Both the position numbers and the translations under genes were made by a program. Under the pieces are notes generated by a model. The model was not told the origin of the DNA and did no database searches. It worked only from the letters and a program-made list of their open reading frames with translations. Source: Thermaerobacter marianensis (GTDB lineage Bacteria > Bacillota > Sulfobacillia > DVGY01). Taken from it: a stretch of DNA of 64,000 nt. Shown piece after piece: positions 50,556 through 59,801 of this stretch (position 1 is the stretch's first letter; each line of letters starts with the position of its first letter). The stretch covers positions 19,080 through 83,079 of the forward strand of contig DYGY01000001.1 in NCBI GenBank assembly GCA_020724425.1. Direction: 5' to 3'.

Positions 50556-51007
50556 TAGGTGTGGGATGGGTAGATAAGGTACTATACTGGGTTGGCTTAG
50601 ATGTTGGGGAAGAAAACATCAAGACTGATCCGGAAGAACAACCCGTAAAGAAGGAAAAAAAGAGAGAACGAGTAGAGAAGAGTGTTCAGAGTACGGGGAC
50701 ACTAGTTAGTCTGCCAGGGAGAGGGCAGTGGCAGGTAGTAGCTATAGCACCGGAATCCTTTGATGATGTGCAGATGATTGCTGATCATCTAAAAGAGAGA
50801 AGACCGGTTATTCTGAATCTCCAGCTGGTAGATAAGGATGTTGCCCAAAAGATTTTGAATTTTTTGAGTGGTACAGTATACGCATTAGATGGAAATATGC
50901 ATAGAATTGGTACAGGAGTCCTGTTTTTTTCGCCAAACAATGTGGAGCTTCAGGAGTTTGGGGATCTAGCTTATGCTTTAGAGCAGGATGAGAACCTGTT
51001 TAAGTGA
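50552..51007 (+). CDS. sepF: Cell division protein SepF
   Basis: P.SFDDV..IAD.LK, NFLSG.VYALDG. Confidence 0.95.
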   Translation: MIGVGWVDKVLYWVGLDVGEENIKTDPEEQPVKKEKKRERVEKSVQSTGTLVSLPGRGQWQVVAIAPESFDDVQMIADHLKERRPVILNLQLVDKDVAQKILNFLSGTVYALDGNMHRIGTGVLFFSPNNVELQEFGDLAYALEQDENLFK

Positions 51008-51014
51008 GGTGTAG

Positions 51015-51299
51015 ATGTTGGAATATTTTCTGATTCAAACCATTAGAACTCTGTTTAATATAATGTTTTGGCTGATTTTAGCTAGGGTACTTATGTCTTG
51101 GTTAAGACCAAGTAGCTATAACCGGTTGTACTGGGATGTTCACAATGTCATTGAGCAATTAACAGAACCTATTCTAGGTCCCATAAGAAGCAAGCTACCA
51201 ACCGGTGGTATGGGTCTTGATCTTTCACCCATCATCGCCATCTTCTTAATGAGACTCTTAGAAGGTTTGCTAGTCACTCTAATTGTTCAGATATTTTAA
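51015..51299 (+). CDS. ylmG: YggT/YlmG family membrane protein
   Basis: ARVLMSW, TEPIL.PIR, G.DLSPIIA. Confidence 0.93.
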   Translation: MLEYFLIQTIRTLFNIMFWLILARVLMSWLRPSSYNRLYWDVHNVIEQLTEPILGPIRSKLPTGGMGLDLSPIIAIFLMRLLEGLLVTLIVQIF

Positions 51300-51305
51300 A
51301 GACAG

Positions 51306-51335
51306 CAAGGAATACTTGACTTAATTGTCGAACAC
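51306..51335 (+). promoter_or_regulatory. SigH-type promoter for divIVA; the -10 overlaps a TGTCGAA 0A-box match
   Basis: CAAGGAATA-12 nt-GTCGAACAC. Confidence 0.5.
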
Positions 51336-51370
51336 ACAGTTGTTGTAAAGAATTTGGGGGTGACTCAAGA

Positions 51371-51823
51371 ATGGCCTTAACACCACTTGACATTCATAAC
51401 AAAGAGTTTAGCAAGGGATTTCGGGGATATAGTGATGTGGAGGTTGATGAGTTTTTAGATGAAGTGGTTCGAGAGTTTGAGCTGCTTCTGAAAGAGAATT
51501 CAGCCTTAAGAGAAGAATTGGATGCTTTAAATAGCCGGGTAGAACAGTATCGTCAACTAGAGGATACCCTTCATAATACTTTGGTTGTTGCCCAGCAGAC
51601 AGCTGAAGAAGTAAAAGAGAATGCTCGCAAAGAAGCAGAGATGATTCTCAGTGATGCCAAAACTAAAGCAGATAATATGCTTAGGGAAAAGGAAGCAGAA
51701 TTAAAAGAAGTTAATAGCCAGTTGGAGATTCTCAGGAAAGAGACTAAGGCTTTTAAGGCCAAAGTAAAGAGTCAATTGATGATGCAGATAGAGCTTTTAG
51801 GTGAAAAAACCGAGGAAGATTAG
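51371..51823 (+). CDS. divIVA: DivIVA
   Basis: LTPLDIHNKEF.KGFRGY...EVDEFLD, coiled coil. Confidence 0.96.
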   Translation: MALTPLDIHNKEFSKGFRGYSDVEVDEFLDEVVREFELLLKENSALREELDALNSRVEQYRQLEDTLHNTLVVAQQTAEEVKENARKEAEMILSDAKTKADNMLREKEAELKEVNSQLEILRKETKAFKAKVKSQLMMQIELLGEKTEED

Positions 51824-51852
51824 TTGACAGGTTAATTTCTGGGAACTATAAT
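51824..51852 (+). promoter_or_regulatory. SigA promoter for the ileS leader
   Basis: TTGACA-17 nt-TATAAT. Confidence 0.85.
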
Positions 51853-51863
51853 ACAAGGAAATG

Positions 51864-52106
51864 CAAGGACAGGGAGAGTAGTTGGTGATATTTCTGCAAA
51901 GCGAGTCAGGGTCTGGTGTAAGCCTGATCAGGAAACATCAATGAAAATCACCCTAGAGCTGTGAGTCGAAGATTTAGTAGGCTCACCGGTTAATCCCCGT
52001 TATCATGGATTAGCTAATGAGTGGATGGATTTGTTAATCCATCTATTAGGGTGGTACCACGGGAATAATCCCTCTCGTCCCTTGTGATGAGAGGGATTAA
52101 TTTTTG
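51864..52106 (+). promoter_or_regulatory. Ile T-box riboswitch
   Basis: Stem I with AG-rich loop and GGTG..; specifier GAAA-ATC (Ile) at 51947-51949; T-box TAGGGTGGTACCACG; terminator hairpin followed by a T-run. Confidence 0.92.
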
Positions 52107-52126
52107 TATATGAGGAAGGGATCACA

Positions 52127-54889
52127 GTGGATTATAGTAAGACACTAAATCTGCCTAAAACAGACTTTCCCATGCGGGCTAATCTACCTGCGAGGGAACC
52201 AGAGATGCAGAAACAATGGGAAGAAAAGGATATCTATGGTGAGCTTCGTAAGCAGAGAAAAGGTAAAGAGAAGTTCATCCTTCATGATGGACCACCCTTT
52301 GCTAATGGTAATATTCATCTTGGGACCACATTGAACAAGATTCTCAAGGATATTGTTGTGCGTTTTGCTTCGATGAAAGGCTATGATGCTCCCTATGTCC
52401 CTGGCTGGGATACTCATGGTCTTCCTATCGAGGTCAAGGCTATTAGTGAACTAGGCCTAAACAGGAAAGAAGTTGGCCCGATTGAGCTTCGTAACAAATG
52501 TAAAGAGTTTGCTCTCCACTATAAGGATGTACAGAAAGAAGAATTCAAACGTCTAGGTGTTATGGGTGACTGGGAGAACCCATATTTAACCTTGAATCCT
52601 GAGTATGAAGCTATACAGATAAAGGTCTTTGGTGATATGGCTAAGAAGGGCTATATATACAAGAGTCTCTACCCAGTATACTGGTGTCCAACCTGTGAGA
52701 CTGCTCTAGCAGAAGCAGAGATTGAGTTTAAGGAAAAGACCTCAGATAGTGTTTATGTACGCTTTGAGATAAAGGATGGTTTAGGTAAATTACCATTGGA
52801 TTCAGCTATTGTCATCTGGACTACAACTCCCTGGACCCTACCTGCCAATATGGGGATTAGTATTCATCCTGAGTATGACTATGTTCTTTTAGATACAGAC
52901 AAGGGCAAGTTGCTTTTGGCAGAGGGCTTGGAAGAAAAGGCTTTAGCTGCCATGGGAGTGAGAAAGAACAATACCCTGGCGAAGTTTAAGGGTATTGATT
53001 TGGAGGGAGTAGTGTGTCAGCATCCCTTCTTTGAGAGAGATTCTCTGGTTATGGTTGGTGACCATGTTACTTTGGAAGAAGGTACTGGTTGTGTCCATAC
53101 TGCACCCGCTCATGGTCAGGAAGACTTTGATATTTCAAAGAAGTATGGTCTTTCCATAATTACTCCTTTAGATTATAAAGGACACTTTACTGGAGAAGCT
53201 GAGTTCCTTGAAGGTATATATTATCAGAAAGCTAATAGGGTATTGATTGATAGAATGTCTGAGAGTGGCCATCTTCTGCAGCATAGCACTATTAAGCATC
53301 AGTATGCTCACTGTTGGAGATGTCAAAGCCCAATTGTCTGGAGAGCTACCGAACAGTGGTTTGCTAGTATTGATGGTTTTAGAAAAGAAGCTTTAGAGGG
53401 TATTGAAAAAGTTCGCTTTATCCCTGAATGGGGTAAAGAAAGGATTCATAATATGGTTGCTGACCGTTCTGATTGGTGTATTTCTAGACAGAGGGTCTGG
53501 GGTGTACCTATTCCCATCTTCTATTGTACTTCCTGTAACGAACACATAATTAATGATGAAACCATTAATGCTGTAAGTGATCTTTTTGCTAAAGAGGGCT
53601 CTAATGCTTGGTTTACTCATGAAGCAGAAGAGATTCTGCCTGAAGGATTTATTTGTCCTCACTGTGGTCATGATCATTTCCGTAAGGAAACAGACATCAT
53701 GGATGTCTGGTTTGATTCTGGTTCAAGTCATGCTGCTGTATTAAGACAGAGAGAAGAGCTTGCCTATCCGGCAGATATGTATCTAGAGGGTAGTGATCAG
53801 CATCGTGGTTGGTTTAACTCTTCTCTATCTACTTCTGTAGCTACTGAGGGTGTGCCACCATATAAGTCAGTATTGACCCATGGTTTTGTTGTTGATGGTG
53901 ATGGCCGTAAGATGTCAAAATCTTTAGGCAATGTAATCTATCCTCAAGAAATTATTGATAAGTATGGTGCGGATGTTCTTCGTCTCTGGGTTACCTCTGC
54001 TGACTATCGGGGTGATATCAGGGTCTCGATGGATATTCTGCAGCAGATGGCTGAGGTCTATCGTAAGATTAGAAATACTTTCCGTTTCATGTTGGGGAAT
54101 CTTGATAACTTTGACCCGGATACCCATATGGTGGCAGTTGAGGAACTAACTGATCTTGATCGCTGGGCTTTAGAAAAAACCAATCAGCTGGTGAAAAAGG
54201 TTAAGAGTTCTTATGAGGACTATGCCTATCATCAGATCTATCATGCAGTTCATAATTTCTGTGTTTTAGATATGAGTAACTTCTATTTTGAGATAATTAA
54301 GGATCGCATGTATACAGAAGCAGAGACTAGTAAGCTAAGGAGAGGTACTCAGACTGTTCTTTATCAGATAGCTCTTGATTTGGTTAAGTTGGTAGCACCA
54401 ATAATTCCACATACAGCTGATGAAGTCTGGCAGTATCTGCCTAAAGCAACTGATATGGCAGAGAGTGTCCATCTAACGGTAATGCCTGGAGATAAAGACC
54501 CGGTAATGAATACTGAAGAGATAGAGAACTGGCAGCAGTTACGTAAGATTAGGTTTGATGTGGCTAAAGCATTGGAAGAAGCAAGAACCCAAAAGATGAT
54601 TGGCAAGAGCTTAGAAGCTTCTTTAGAGCTATATGTCACAGAAGATCAAAGCAAGTTGTTAGAGGGTTTTGCTACACCGTTAGCTGATCTCTTCCTAGTT
54701 TCCAAGATAAATGTTATTGAAGGTAGTGTACCGGATATGGCTTTTCAGGGTGAAGTAGCAGGATTAGGAGTTCTTGTAAAGAAAGCAGAGGGAGAGAAGT
54801 GTGCTCGCTGCTGGCACTATGATGAGACTGTTGGTGAAAATCAAGAAGAACCTGAATTATGTGATCGTTGTTATAGTATTGTTAAGTAG
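52127..54889 (+). CDS. ileS: Isoleucine--tRNA ligase (type 1)
   Basis: LHDGPP.ANG.IHLG, GWDTHGLP, DWCISRQR, KMSKS, C-terminal CARCW..CDRC Zn finger. Confidence 0.97.
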   Translation: MDYSKTLNLPKTDFPMRANLPAREPEMQKQWEEKDIYGELRKQRKGKEKFILHDGPPFANGNIHLGTTLNKILKDIVVRFASMKGYDAPYVPGWDTHGLPIEVKAISELGLNRKEVGPIELRNKCKEFALHYKDVQKEEFKRLGVMGDWENPYLTLNPEYEAIQIKVFGDMAKKGYIYKSLYPVYWCPTCETALAEAEIEFKEKTSDSVYVRFEIKDGLGKLPLDSAIVIWTTTPWTLPANMGISIHPEYDYVLLDTDKGKLLLAEGLEEKALAAMGVRKNNTLAKFKGIDLEGVVCQHPFFERDSLVMVGDHVTLEEGTGCVHTAPAHGQEDFDISKKYGLSIITPLDYKGHFTGEAEFLEGIYYQKANRVLIDRMSESGHLLQHSTIKHQYAHCWRCQSPIVWRATEQWFASIDGFRKEALEGIEKVRFIPEWGKERIHNMVADRSDWCISRQRVWGVPIPIFYCTSCNEHIINDETINAVSDLFAKEGSNAWFTHEAEEILPEGFICPHCGHDHFRKETDIMDVWFDSGSSHAAVLRQREELAYPADMYLEGSDQHRGWFNSSLSTSVATEGVPPYKSVLTHGFVVDGDGRKMSKSLGNVIYPQEIIDKYGADVLRLWVTSADYRGDIRVSMDILQQMAEVYRKIRNTFRFMLGNLDNFDPDTHMVAVEELTDLDRWALEKTNQLVKKVKSSYEDYAYHQIYHAVHNFCVLDMSNFYFEIIKDRMYTEAETSKLRRGTQTVLYQIALDLVKLVAPIIPHTADEVWQYLPKATDMAESVHLTVMPGDKDPVMNTEEIENWQQLRKIRFDVAKALEEARTQKMIGKSLEASLELYVTEDQSKLLEGFATPLADLFLVSKINVIEGSVPDMAFQGEVAGLGVLVKKAEGEKCARCWHYDETVGENQEEPELCDRCYSIVK

Positions 54890-54910
54890 GCACCCATGCG
54901 GGTGCCTTAC
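54888..54910 (+). terminator. Hairpin after ileS
   Basis: AGGCACCC/GGGTGCCT stem with a weak U-tract. Confidence 0.45.
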
Positions 54911-54934
54911 TCCGGTGGGAAGGGAATGATCTAG

Positions 54935-55660
54935 GTGAGACAAAAAACTATTGGTATTATTGGAGGCATGGGTCCTGCAGCTACTGTTGATCTGTTTCAG
55001 AAGATCATCACCCTCACTCCGGCTAGAAGTGATCAAGACCATCTTCATATCCTGATTGATAATAATACAGGTATCCCTGATCGGGCTGCCTATCTAAGAG
55101 GAGAGGGTCCATCTCCAGTTCCTAGTATGCAGGAGACGGCTAGAAGATTAGAAAGAATGGGTGCTGATTTTCTGGTGATGCCTTGCAATACTGCCCATGT
55201 CTATCTTGATGAGATCCAAAGAGCTGTCTGGATTCCCATTCTTAACATGATGGAAGAGACTACTCAAGAGATAATAAGGAGATATCCAGATATGAAGACT
55301 ATTGGTCTTCTCGCTACTGAGACAACAGTTAACAATAGGTTGTATCATGAGCAGATGGAAGAACGAGGGTTAGAGTTGATTGTTCCTGACAAAGAACATC
55401 AGCAATTGGTGACTAGAGCAATTTATGAACCAGAGGGTATAAAAGCAGGATATTATGAGAAACCAAAGAAGTGGCTAACTCAAGCTGCTAACCATCTGGT
55501 TTCTCAGGGTGCTGAAGGCATAATCTTAGGTTGTACAGAGATTCCTCTGGTAATTAGTGAAAGTGATTGTGAGGTTCCTATCTTTGATGCTACAGCATTG
55601 TTAGCTAAAAGAGCCATCCGTTTTGCTCTAGTTGAGGAGGATAGGCAGAGTGAAGGCTGA
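54935..55660 (+). CDS. Aspartate/amino-acid racemase (Asp/Glu/hydantoin racemase family)
   Basis: GIIGGMGP.AT, MPCNTAH and LGCTEIP (two catalytic Cys). Confidence 0.9.
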   Translation: MRQKTIGIIGGMGPAATVDLFQKIITLTPARSDQDHLHILIDNNTGIPDRAAYLRGEGPSPVPSMQETARRLERMGADFLVMPCNTAHVYLDEIQRAVWIPILNMMEETTQEIIRRYPDMKTIGLLATETTVNNRLYHEQMEERGLELIVPDKEHQQLVTRAIYEPEGIKAGYYEKPKKWLTQAANHLVSQGAEGIILGCTEIPLVISESDCEVPIFDATALLAKRAIRFALVEEDRQSEG

Positions 55661-57242
55661 TTTCTTGTTAAAGGCTAGAAAAGTCTTTGATGGTGATAAT
55701 TTTGCTGGTGATACCCTAGCTGTTAAAGATGGCAGGGTACTTGCTGTTGGTAACTTTAATGACCTTAAAGAGATTAAAGCAGATGATTCTTATGAGGTTC
55801 CTGAGGGAATAGTTATTCCCGGTCTTATTGATGGTCATGCTCATCTGCTGCCCTATGGTATGTTTTTAAGAGAAGTGGATATCTCTAAAGCTAAAAGCAT
55901 TAAAGAATTGCAAATTATCTTAAAGGAAGCCCATGAGAAGCTAAGGGGTAATGAATGGCTGGTTACTAGTTCTCTATCAGAGGATAGATTGATAGAGGAG
56001 CGTCTGCCAACCCGTTATGAGATAGATGAAGCAGTACCTGATAGGCCTGTTTTTCTAAGAAGAGTCTGTTTGCATGCTGGTCTTGCTAATTCAAAGGCTT
56101 TAGAGTTAGCAGGTATTGCTAAGGATACTAAAGCTCCTCTAGGAGGAGAGATTGTCAAGGATGCTCAGGGTATTCCCACCGGTCTTCTTCTTGAGGAGGC
56201 CATGAATCTTGTTAAAGATGTTATGCCTTCCTTAAGTCTAGAAACAAAGAAAGAGGCCCTAAAGCTTGCTTTCTTTGAAGCACTAAGGAGGGGGATTACC
56301 TCTGTGCGTTCCCATGATATTGCTAAGAAGGGTGACTTTAGGCAGTATCAGGATATAGTGAGGGAAATCCAGGAAGAACTTCCTCTAAGAATTAGTGCTG
56401 ATTTTTCCTATGCTGCTTTAGCAGATCTTGATGACTATTCCTTTGGTGCTGGTGATGAATACTTTTCCTTAGGAGCCCTTAAGGTGTTTGTTGATGGCTC
56501 TTTAGGTGCAGGAACGGCCTGGTTAAAAGAGCCCTATGTTGATAGAGAGGGTAGGGGTATCCCCATTTATACTAGAGAAGAGCTTAAGAGAATACTAAAA
56601 GAGGGTTTGGGTAAAGGATTCCAACTGGCTATCCATGTTATTGGGGATCAGGCTTTAGCTGAAACCATCGGGGTTCTACAAGAATTGGAATTGAAGAATC
56701 TAAGACATAGACTTATTCATCTGCAGGTATTAGGTACAGAGTATCTGCCAATTATGAAGGAACTTGGATTAATAGCTGAGATTCAGCCAAAGTTTGTTAC
56801 CTCTGACCAGGTTTTTGCCAAAGAGAGATTGGGGAAGGAACGGGCTAGATACTCTTATGCCTGGAAGACTATTATGGCTTCAGGAGTTGGTTGTTCTGGT
56901 GGTTCTGATGCTCCAGTAGAACATATCAATCCTTTCTGGGGGATCTATGGAGCTGTAACTAGGAGACAGTTGGCTTGGACTGGAGAGGAATTAAGTCAGG
57001 AACCCTGGCACCCAGAGGAGCTCTTAACTGTAAAAGAAGCAGTATGGTTGTATACTAAAGGTGCTGCCTATGCTGAGTTCTCTGAAGAGGAAAAAGGAGA
57101 ACTAAAACCAGGATATTTTGCTGATTTTGCTATATTAGATAAAGATATTTTTGCTATTAGTCCAGACCTTATTAAAGATACAGAGGTTTTAGCTACCAGT
57201 GTTGGTGGCAGGCTCTTCTGGTGGGAAGGGAGAAGCTCATGA
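55650..57242 (+). CDS. Amidohydrolase 3 (YtcJ-like)
   Basis: PGLID.HAH, H.G.ANS.AL, K.F.DGSLG, IH.IGD, GSDAP, G.LKPGY.ADF. Confidence 0.9.
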   Translation: MKADFLLKARKVFDGDNFAGDTLAVKDGRVLAVGNFNDLKEIKADDSYEVPEGIVIPGLIDGHAHLLPYGMFLREVDISKAKSIKELQIILKEAHEKLRGNEWLVTSSLSEDRLIEERLPTRYEIDEAVPDRPVFLRRVCLHAGLANSKALELAGIAKDTKAPLGGEIVKDAQGIPTGLLLEEAMNLVKDVMPSLSLETKKEALKLAFFEALRRGITSVRSHDIAKKGDFRQYQDIVREIQEELPLRISADFSYAALADLDDYSFGAGDEYFSLGALKVFVDGSLGAGTAWLKEPYVDREGRGIPIYTREELKRILKEGLGKGFQLAIHVIGDQALAETIGVLQELELKNLRHRLIHLQVLGTEYLPIMKELGLIAEIQPKFVTSDQVFAKERLGKERARYSYAWKTIMASGVGCSGGSDAPVEHINPFWGIYGAVTRRQLAWTGEELSQEPWHPEELLTVKEAVWLYTKGAAYAEFSEEEKGELKPGYFADFAILDKDIFAISPDLIKDTEVLATSVGGRLFWWEGRSS

Positions 57243-58294
57243 AATTTACTCAAGTGACATTAGATCAAAAGGAACGTTTCAGTCAGTTCCTGCAGCAGTC
57301 TCCTTATGGCCATTTTCTGCAAACATGGGAATGGGGTGAGGTAAAGGCTAAGACAGGTTGGGAACCTTTAAGATACATGGTTGAAGAAGAGGGTAGGATT
57401 CTTTGTGCAGTCTCCCTATTAAAAAGAAAACTACCACTAGTTAACGGTTATATTCTCTATGCACCAAGAGGGCCGGTATTTGACTTAAAGGATGAAAAAC
57501 TCTTAGATTTCTTCTTGAGGGAAGTAAAGAGGGTGGCTAAGAAAGAAAAGGCCATCTTTCTTAAGATAGATCCGGCAATAGAGGATCAGGACTGTGGCAG
57601 AATTCTCAGGAATAAAGGTTTTCTTAATGCGGAGAGAGGCAAAAACTTTGAAGGTATTCAACCAAGGTTTGTTATGCGTCTGCCTTTAGAGGCCACTCTA
57701 GAAGAGATTTTAGCAGGTTTTCATCATAAGACCAGATACAATATCAGGATAGCGGAAAGAAAAGGTGTAGAGATTAGGATAGCTGAAAGCAAAGAGGAAT
57801 TAAAAGACTGGTATGAGGTTCTTTTGGAGACTGCCGAGCGAGACAACTTCCTTGTTCGTAGTTCTAAATATTTTGAAGAGATCTGGGATCAGATGAAGGA
57901 ACCTGGATTGACTAGGCTATTTCTAGCGTATTATGAAGGTGAGATGATAGCTGGAACTCTAGCTTTTCTTCACGGGGATACTGCTTGGTATCTCTATGGT
58001 GCTTCTTCTAACCGGCATAGACAGGTAATGCCTAACTATCTCTTGCAGTGGGAGATGATTAAATGGGCTAAAGAGGAAGGCTGTACTCTTTATGATTTCC
58101 GAGGTGTCTCTGGAGATATGGACCCGAGTAATCCTCTCTATGGTCTCTATCGCTTCAAGAAGGGTTTTAATCCGGAGTTAGTAGAGTTTATTGGTGAGTA
58201 TGATTTGGCTTTCAGTCCTCTGCTGTATCATCTGTATAACTATGCTGAACCAAGATACAGATACTATCGTGGGAAACTGTTGAACAGGGGTTAA
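57239..58294 (+). CDS. FemABX/FemX-family tRNA-dependent lipid II aminoacyltransferase
   Basis: HFLQ..EW..VK, YAPRGPV, KTRYNIR.A.RKGV, YLYGAS, YDFRG, GLYRFK.GF. Confidence 0.9.
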   Translation: MKFTQVTLDQKERFSQFLQQSPYGHFLQTWEWGEVKAKTGWEPLRYMVEEEGRILCAVSLLKRKLPLVNGYILYAPRGPVFDLKDEKLLDFFLREVKRVAKKEKAIFLKIDPAIEDQDCGRILRNKGFLNAERGKNFEGIQPRFVMRLPLEATLEEILAGFHHKTRYNIRIAERKGVEIRIAESKEELKDWYEVLLETAERDNFLVRSSKYFEEIWDQMKEPGLTRLFLAYYEGEMIAGTLAFLHGDTAWYLYGASSNRHRQVMPNYLLQWEMIKWAKEEGCTLYDFRGVSGDMDPSNPLYGLYRFKKGFNPELVEFIGEYDLAFSPLLYHLYNYAEPRYRYYRGKLLNRG

Positions 58295-58336
58295 TACCAA
58301 GCTTCTCCGGGTAGAATAACCGGGGGAGGTTGGATT

Positions 58337-58645
58337 ATGCAGGAACATAAGGATACGGCAACGCAAAAGAGACTCTTGCGAAAGCTAGATGATTTGGCCA
58401 TCAAAATGGAACAGATGAAGCTTGCGGAATACCTAGAGCTCTTTAGCAATCCCCGCAGGCTTTTCTTCATGAATCTGATGGCAGGATTAGCTAGAGGCTT
58501 GGGTATCGCCATCGGTTTCACTATTCTTGGTGCTCTTGTTATCTATATGCTCCAGCAAAGCTTTGTGCGTAACCTCCCGGTTATTGGCGACTTTATCGCA
58601 GAAATCGTCAGAATAGTCCAGATTCAACTGGAAATGAAACCTTAG
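58337..58645 (+). CDS. DUF5665 domain protein
   Basis: ME...LAEY.EL...P.RL...N..AG.ARG.G...G pattern. Confidence 0.75.
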   Translation: MQEHKDTATQKRLLRKLDDLAIKMEQMKLAEYLELFSNPRRLFFMNLMAGLARGLGIAIGFTILGALVIYMLQQSFVRNLPVIGDFIAEIVRIVQIQLEMKP

Positions 58646-58658
58646 GAGGTGCAGAGTT

Positions 58659-59276
58659 TTGCAGGAAATTGACGGGAAATATATAAAACAGTTAGAACAG
58701 GAATTAGAGGAAGTCCAAAGGGATCTACAAAGCTCTCAGGAGAATCTTAAAGACTCTATTGGTGAGCTTTCATTGTATGACAATCACCCGGCTGATGTTG
58801 GTACAGAGACCTTTGAAAAGAGCAAGGATCTGGCTCTAAGAGATCAGTTAAGAAGAAGGTATGATGACATTAAGGGTGCCATAGATCGAATTCGCAGAGG
58901 TAGCTATGGTATCTGTCTTTCTTGTGGACGCCCCATTGATCCTGATAGGCTTGCTGCCATACCTGAAGCTAGCCTCTGTATTAGTTGTCAGGAAAGAACA
59001 GAGTTAGCAGGGAAAAGAGATACCTTTGATAGACCGATAGAAGAAAGGGTGCTCCAGGTACCTTTTGCTAGAACCTTCCTTGATGGCAAAGATCAGACAG
59101 GCTATGATGGGGAAGATGCTTGGCAGGATGTGGCCAAGTATGGTACATCTGAGACTCAATCTGATCTTAGTGAAGCCCATCTGCCCCATTCCTATGAAAA
59201 CATGTTTGATGGGGCCTATGAGGAGGAAGGTATAGTTGAGGGTGTGGATAGATTAATTGATGATGATGAGCATTAG
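58659..59276 (+). CDS. TraR/DksA C4-type zinc finger sporulation protein (YteA/YlyA family)
   Basis: GELS.YDNHPAD.G.E.FE, YG.C..CG..I...RL.A.P.A.LC..CQ. Confidence 0.9.
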   Translation: MQEIDGKYIKQLEQELEEVQRDLQSSQENLKDSIGELSLYDNHPADVGTETFEKSKDLALRDQLRRRYDDIKGAIDRIRRGSYGICLSCGRPIDPDRLAAIPEASLCISCQERTELAGKRDTFDRPIEERVLQVPFARTFLDGKDQTGYDGEDAWQDVAKYGTSETQSDLSEAHLPHSYENMFDGAYEEEGIVEGVDRLIDDDEH

Positions 59277-59339
59277 AAGCAAGGTTGCTCCAAAGGCTAG
59301 TTTTTGGTAAGCTGAGCGAGAGAGGTTTTAGAGGAGGGA

Positions 59340-59801
59340 GTGGCAGGCTTGCTAGGTATATTTATTGTAGCAATTGTAGTAATTATTCTAGATCAAATCG
59401 TTAAGTATATGGTAAAAACAAGTATGGCACTGCAACAGAGCATACCTGTTATCGAAGATGTTTTTCATATCACCTATATTCATAACCAGGGAGCAGCTTT
59501 TGGAATGTTAAGTGACAAGACTAGTCTCTTAGCATTGATGACCTTGATAGTTGTGGGTGTTCTAATCTGGTATGCAATGAGAATGAAAAGTACCTCTAAG
59601 GTTTTAAGGCTTTCCTTGGCTTTGATTCTTGGAGGTTCGGTAGGGAATTTAATTGATAGGGTTCGTTTTGGCTATGTGGTTGATTATCTTGATTTTAGGG
59701 TCTGGCCTGTTTTTAATCTGGCTGACTCGGCTTTGGTTGTTGGCGCCTTTATTCTAGGTTATCTGGTCTTAACCGATGAGACCATTTTTTCAGTAAGGTG
59801 A
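59340..59801 (+). CDS. lspA: Lipoprotein signal peptidase
   Basis: LDQ.VK, N.GAAFG, GNLIDR, VVDY, VFNLAD. Confidence 0.97.
   Translation: MAGLLGIFIVAIVVIILDQIVKYMVKTSMALQQSIPVIEDVFHITYIHNQGAAFGMLSDKTSLLALMTLIVVGVLIWYAMRMKSTSKVLRLSLALILGGSVGNLIDRVRFGYVVDYLDFRVWPVFNLADSALVVGAFILGYLVLTDETIFSVR

Noticed and set aside
52127-52340. IleRS signature reading PFANG..HLGT instead of PYANG..HIGH
   Set aside because: Variants of this kind occur in clostridial type 1 IleRS; no basis to infer altered antibiotic sensitivity
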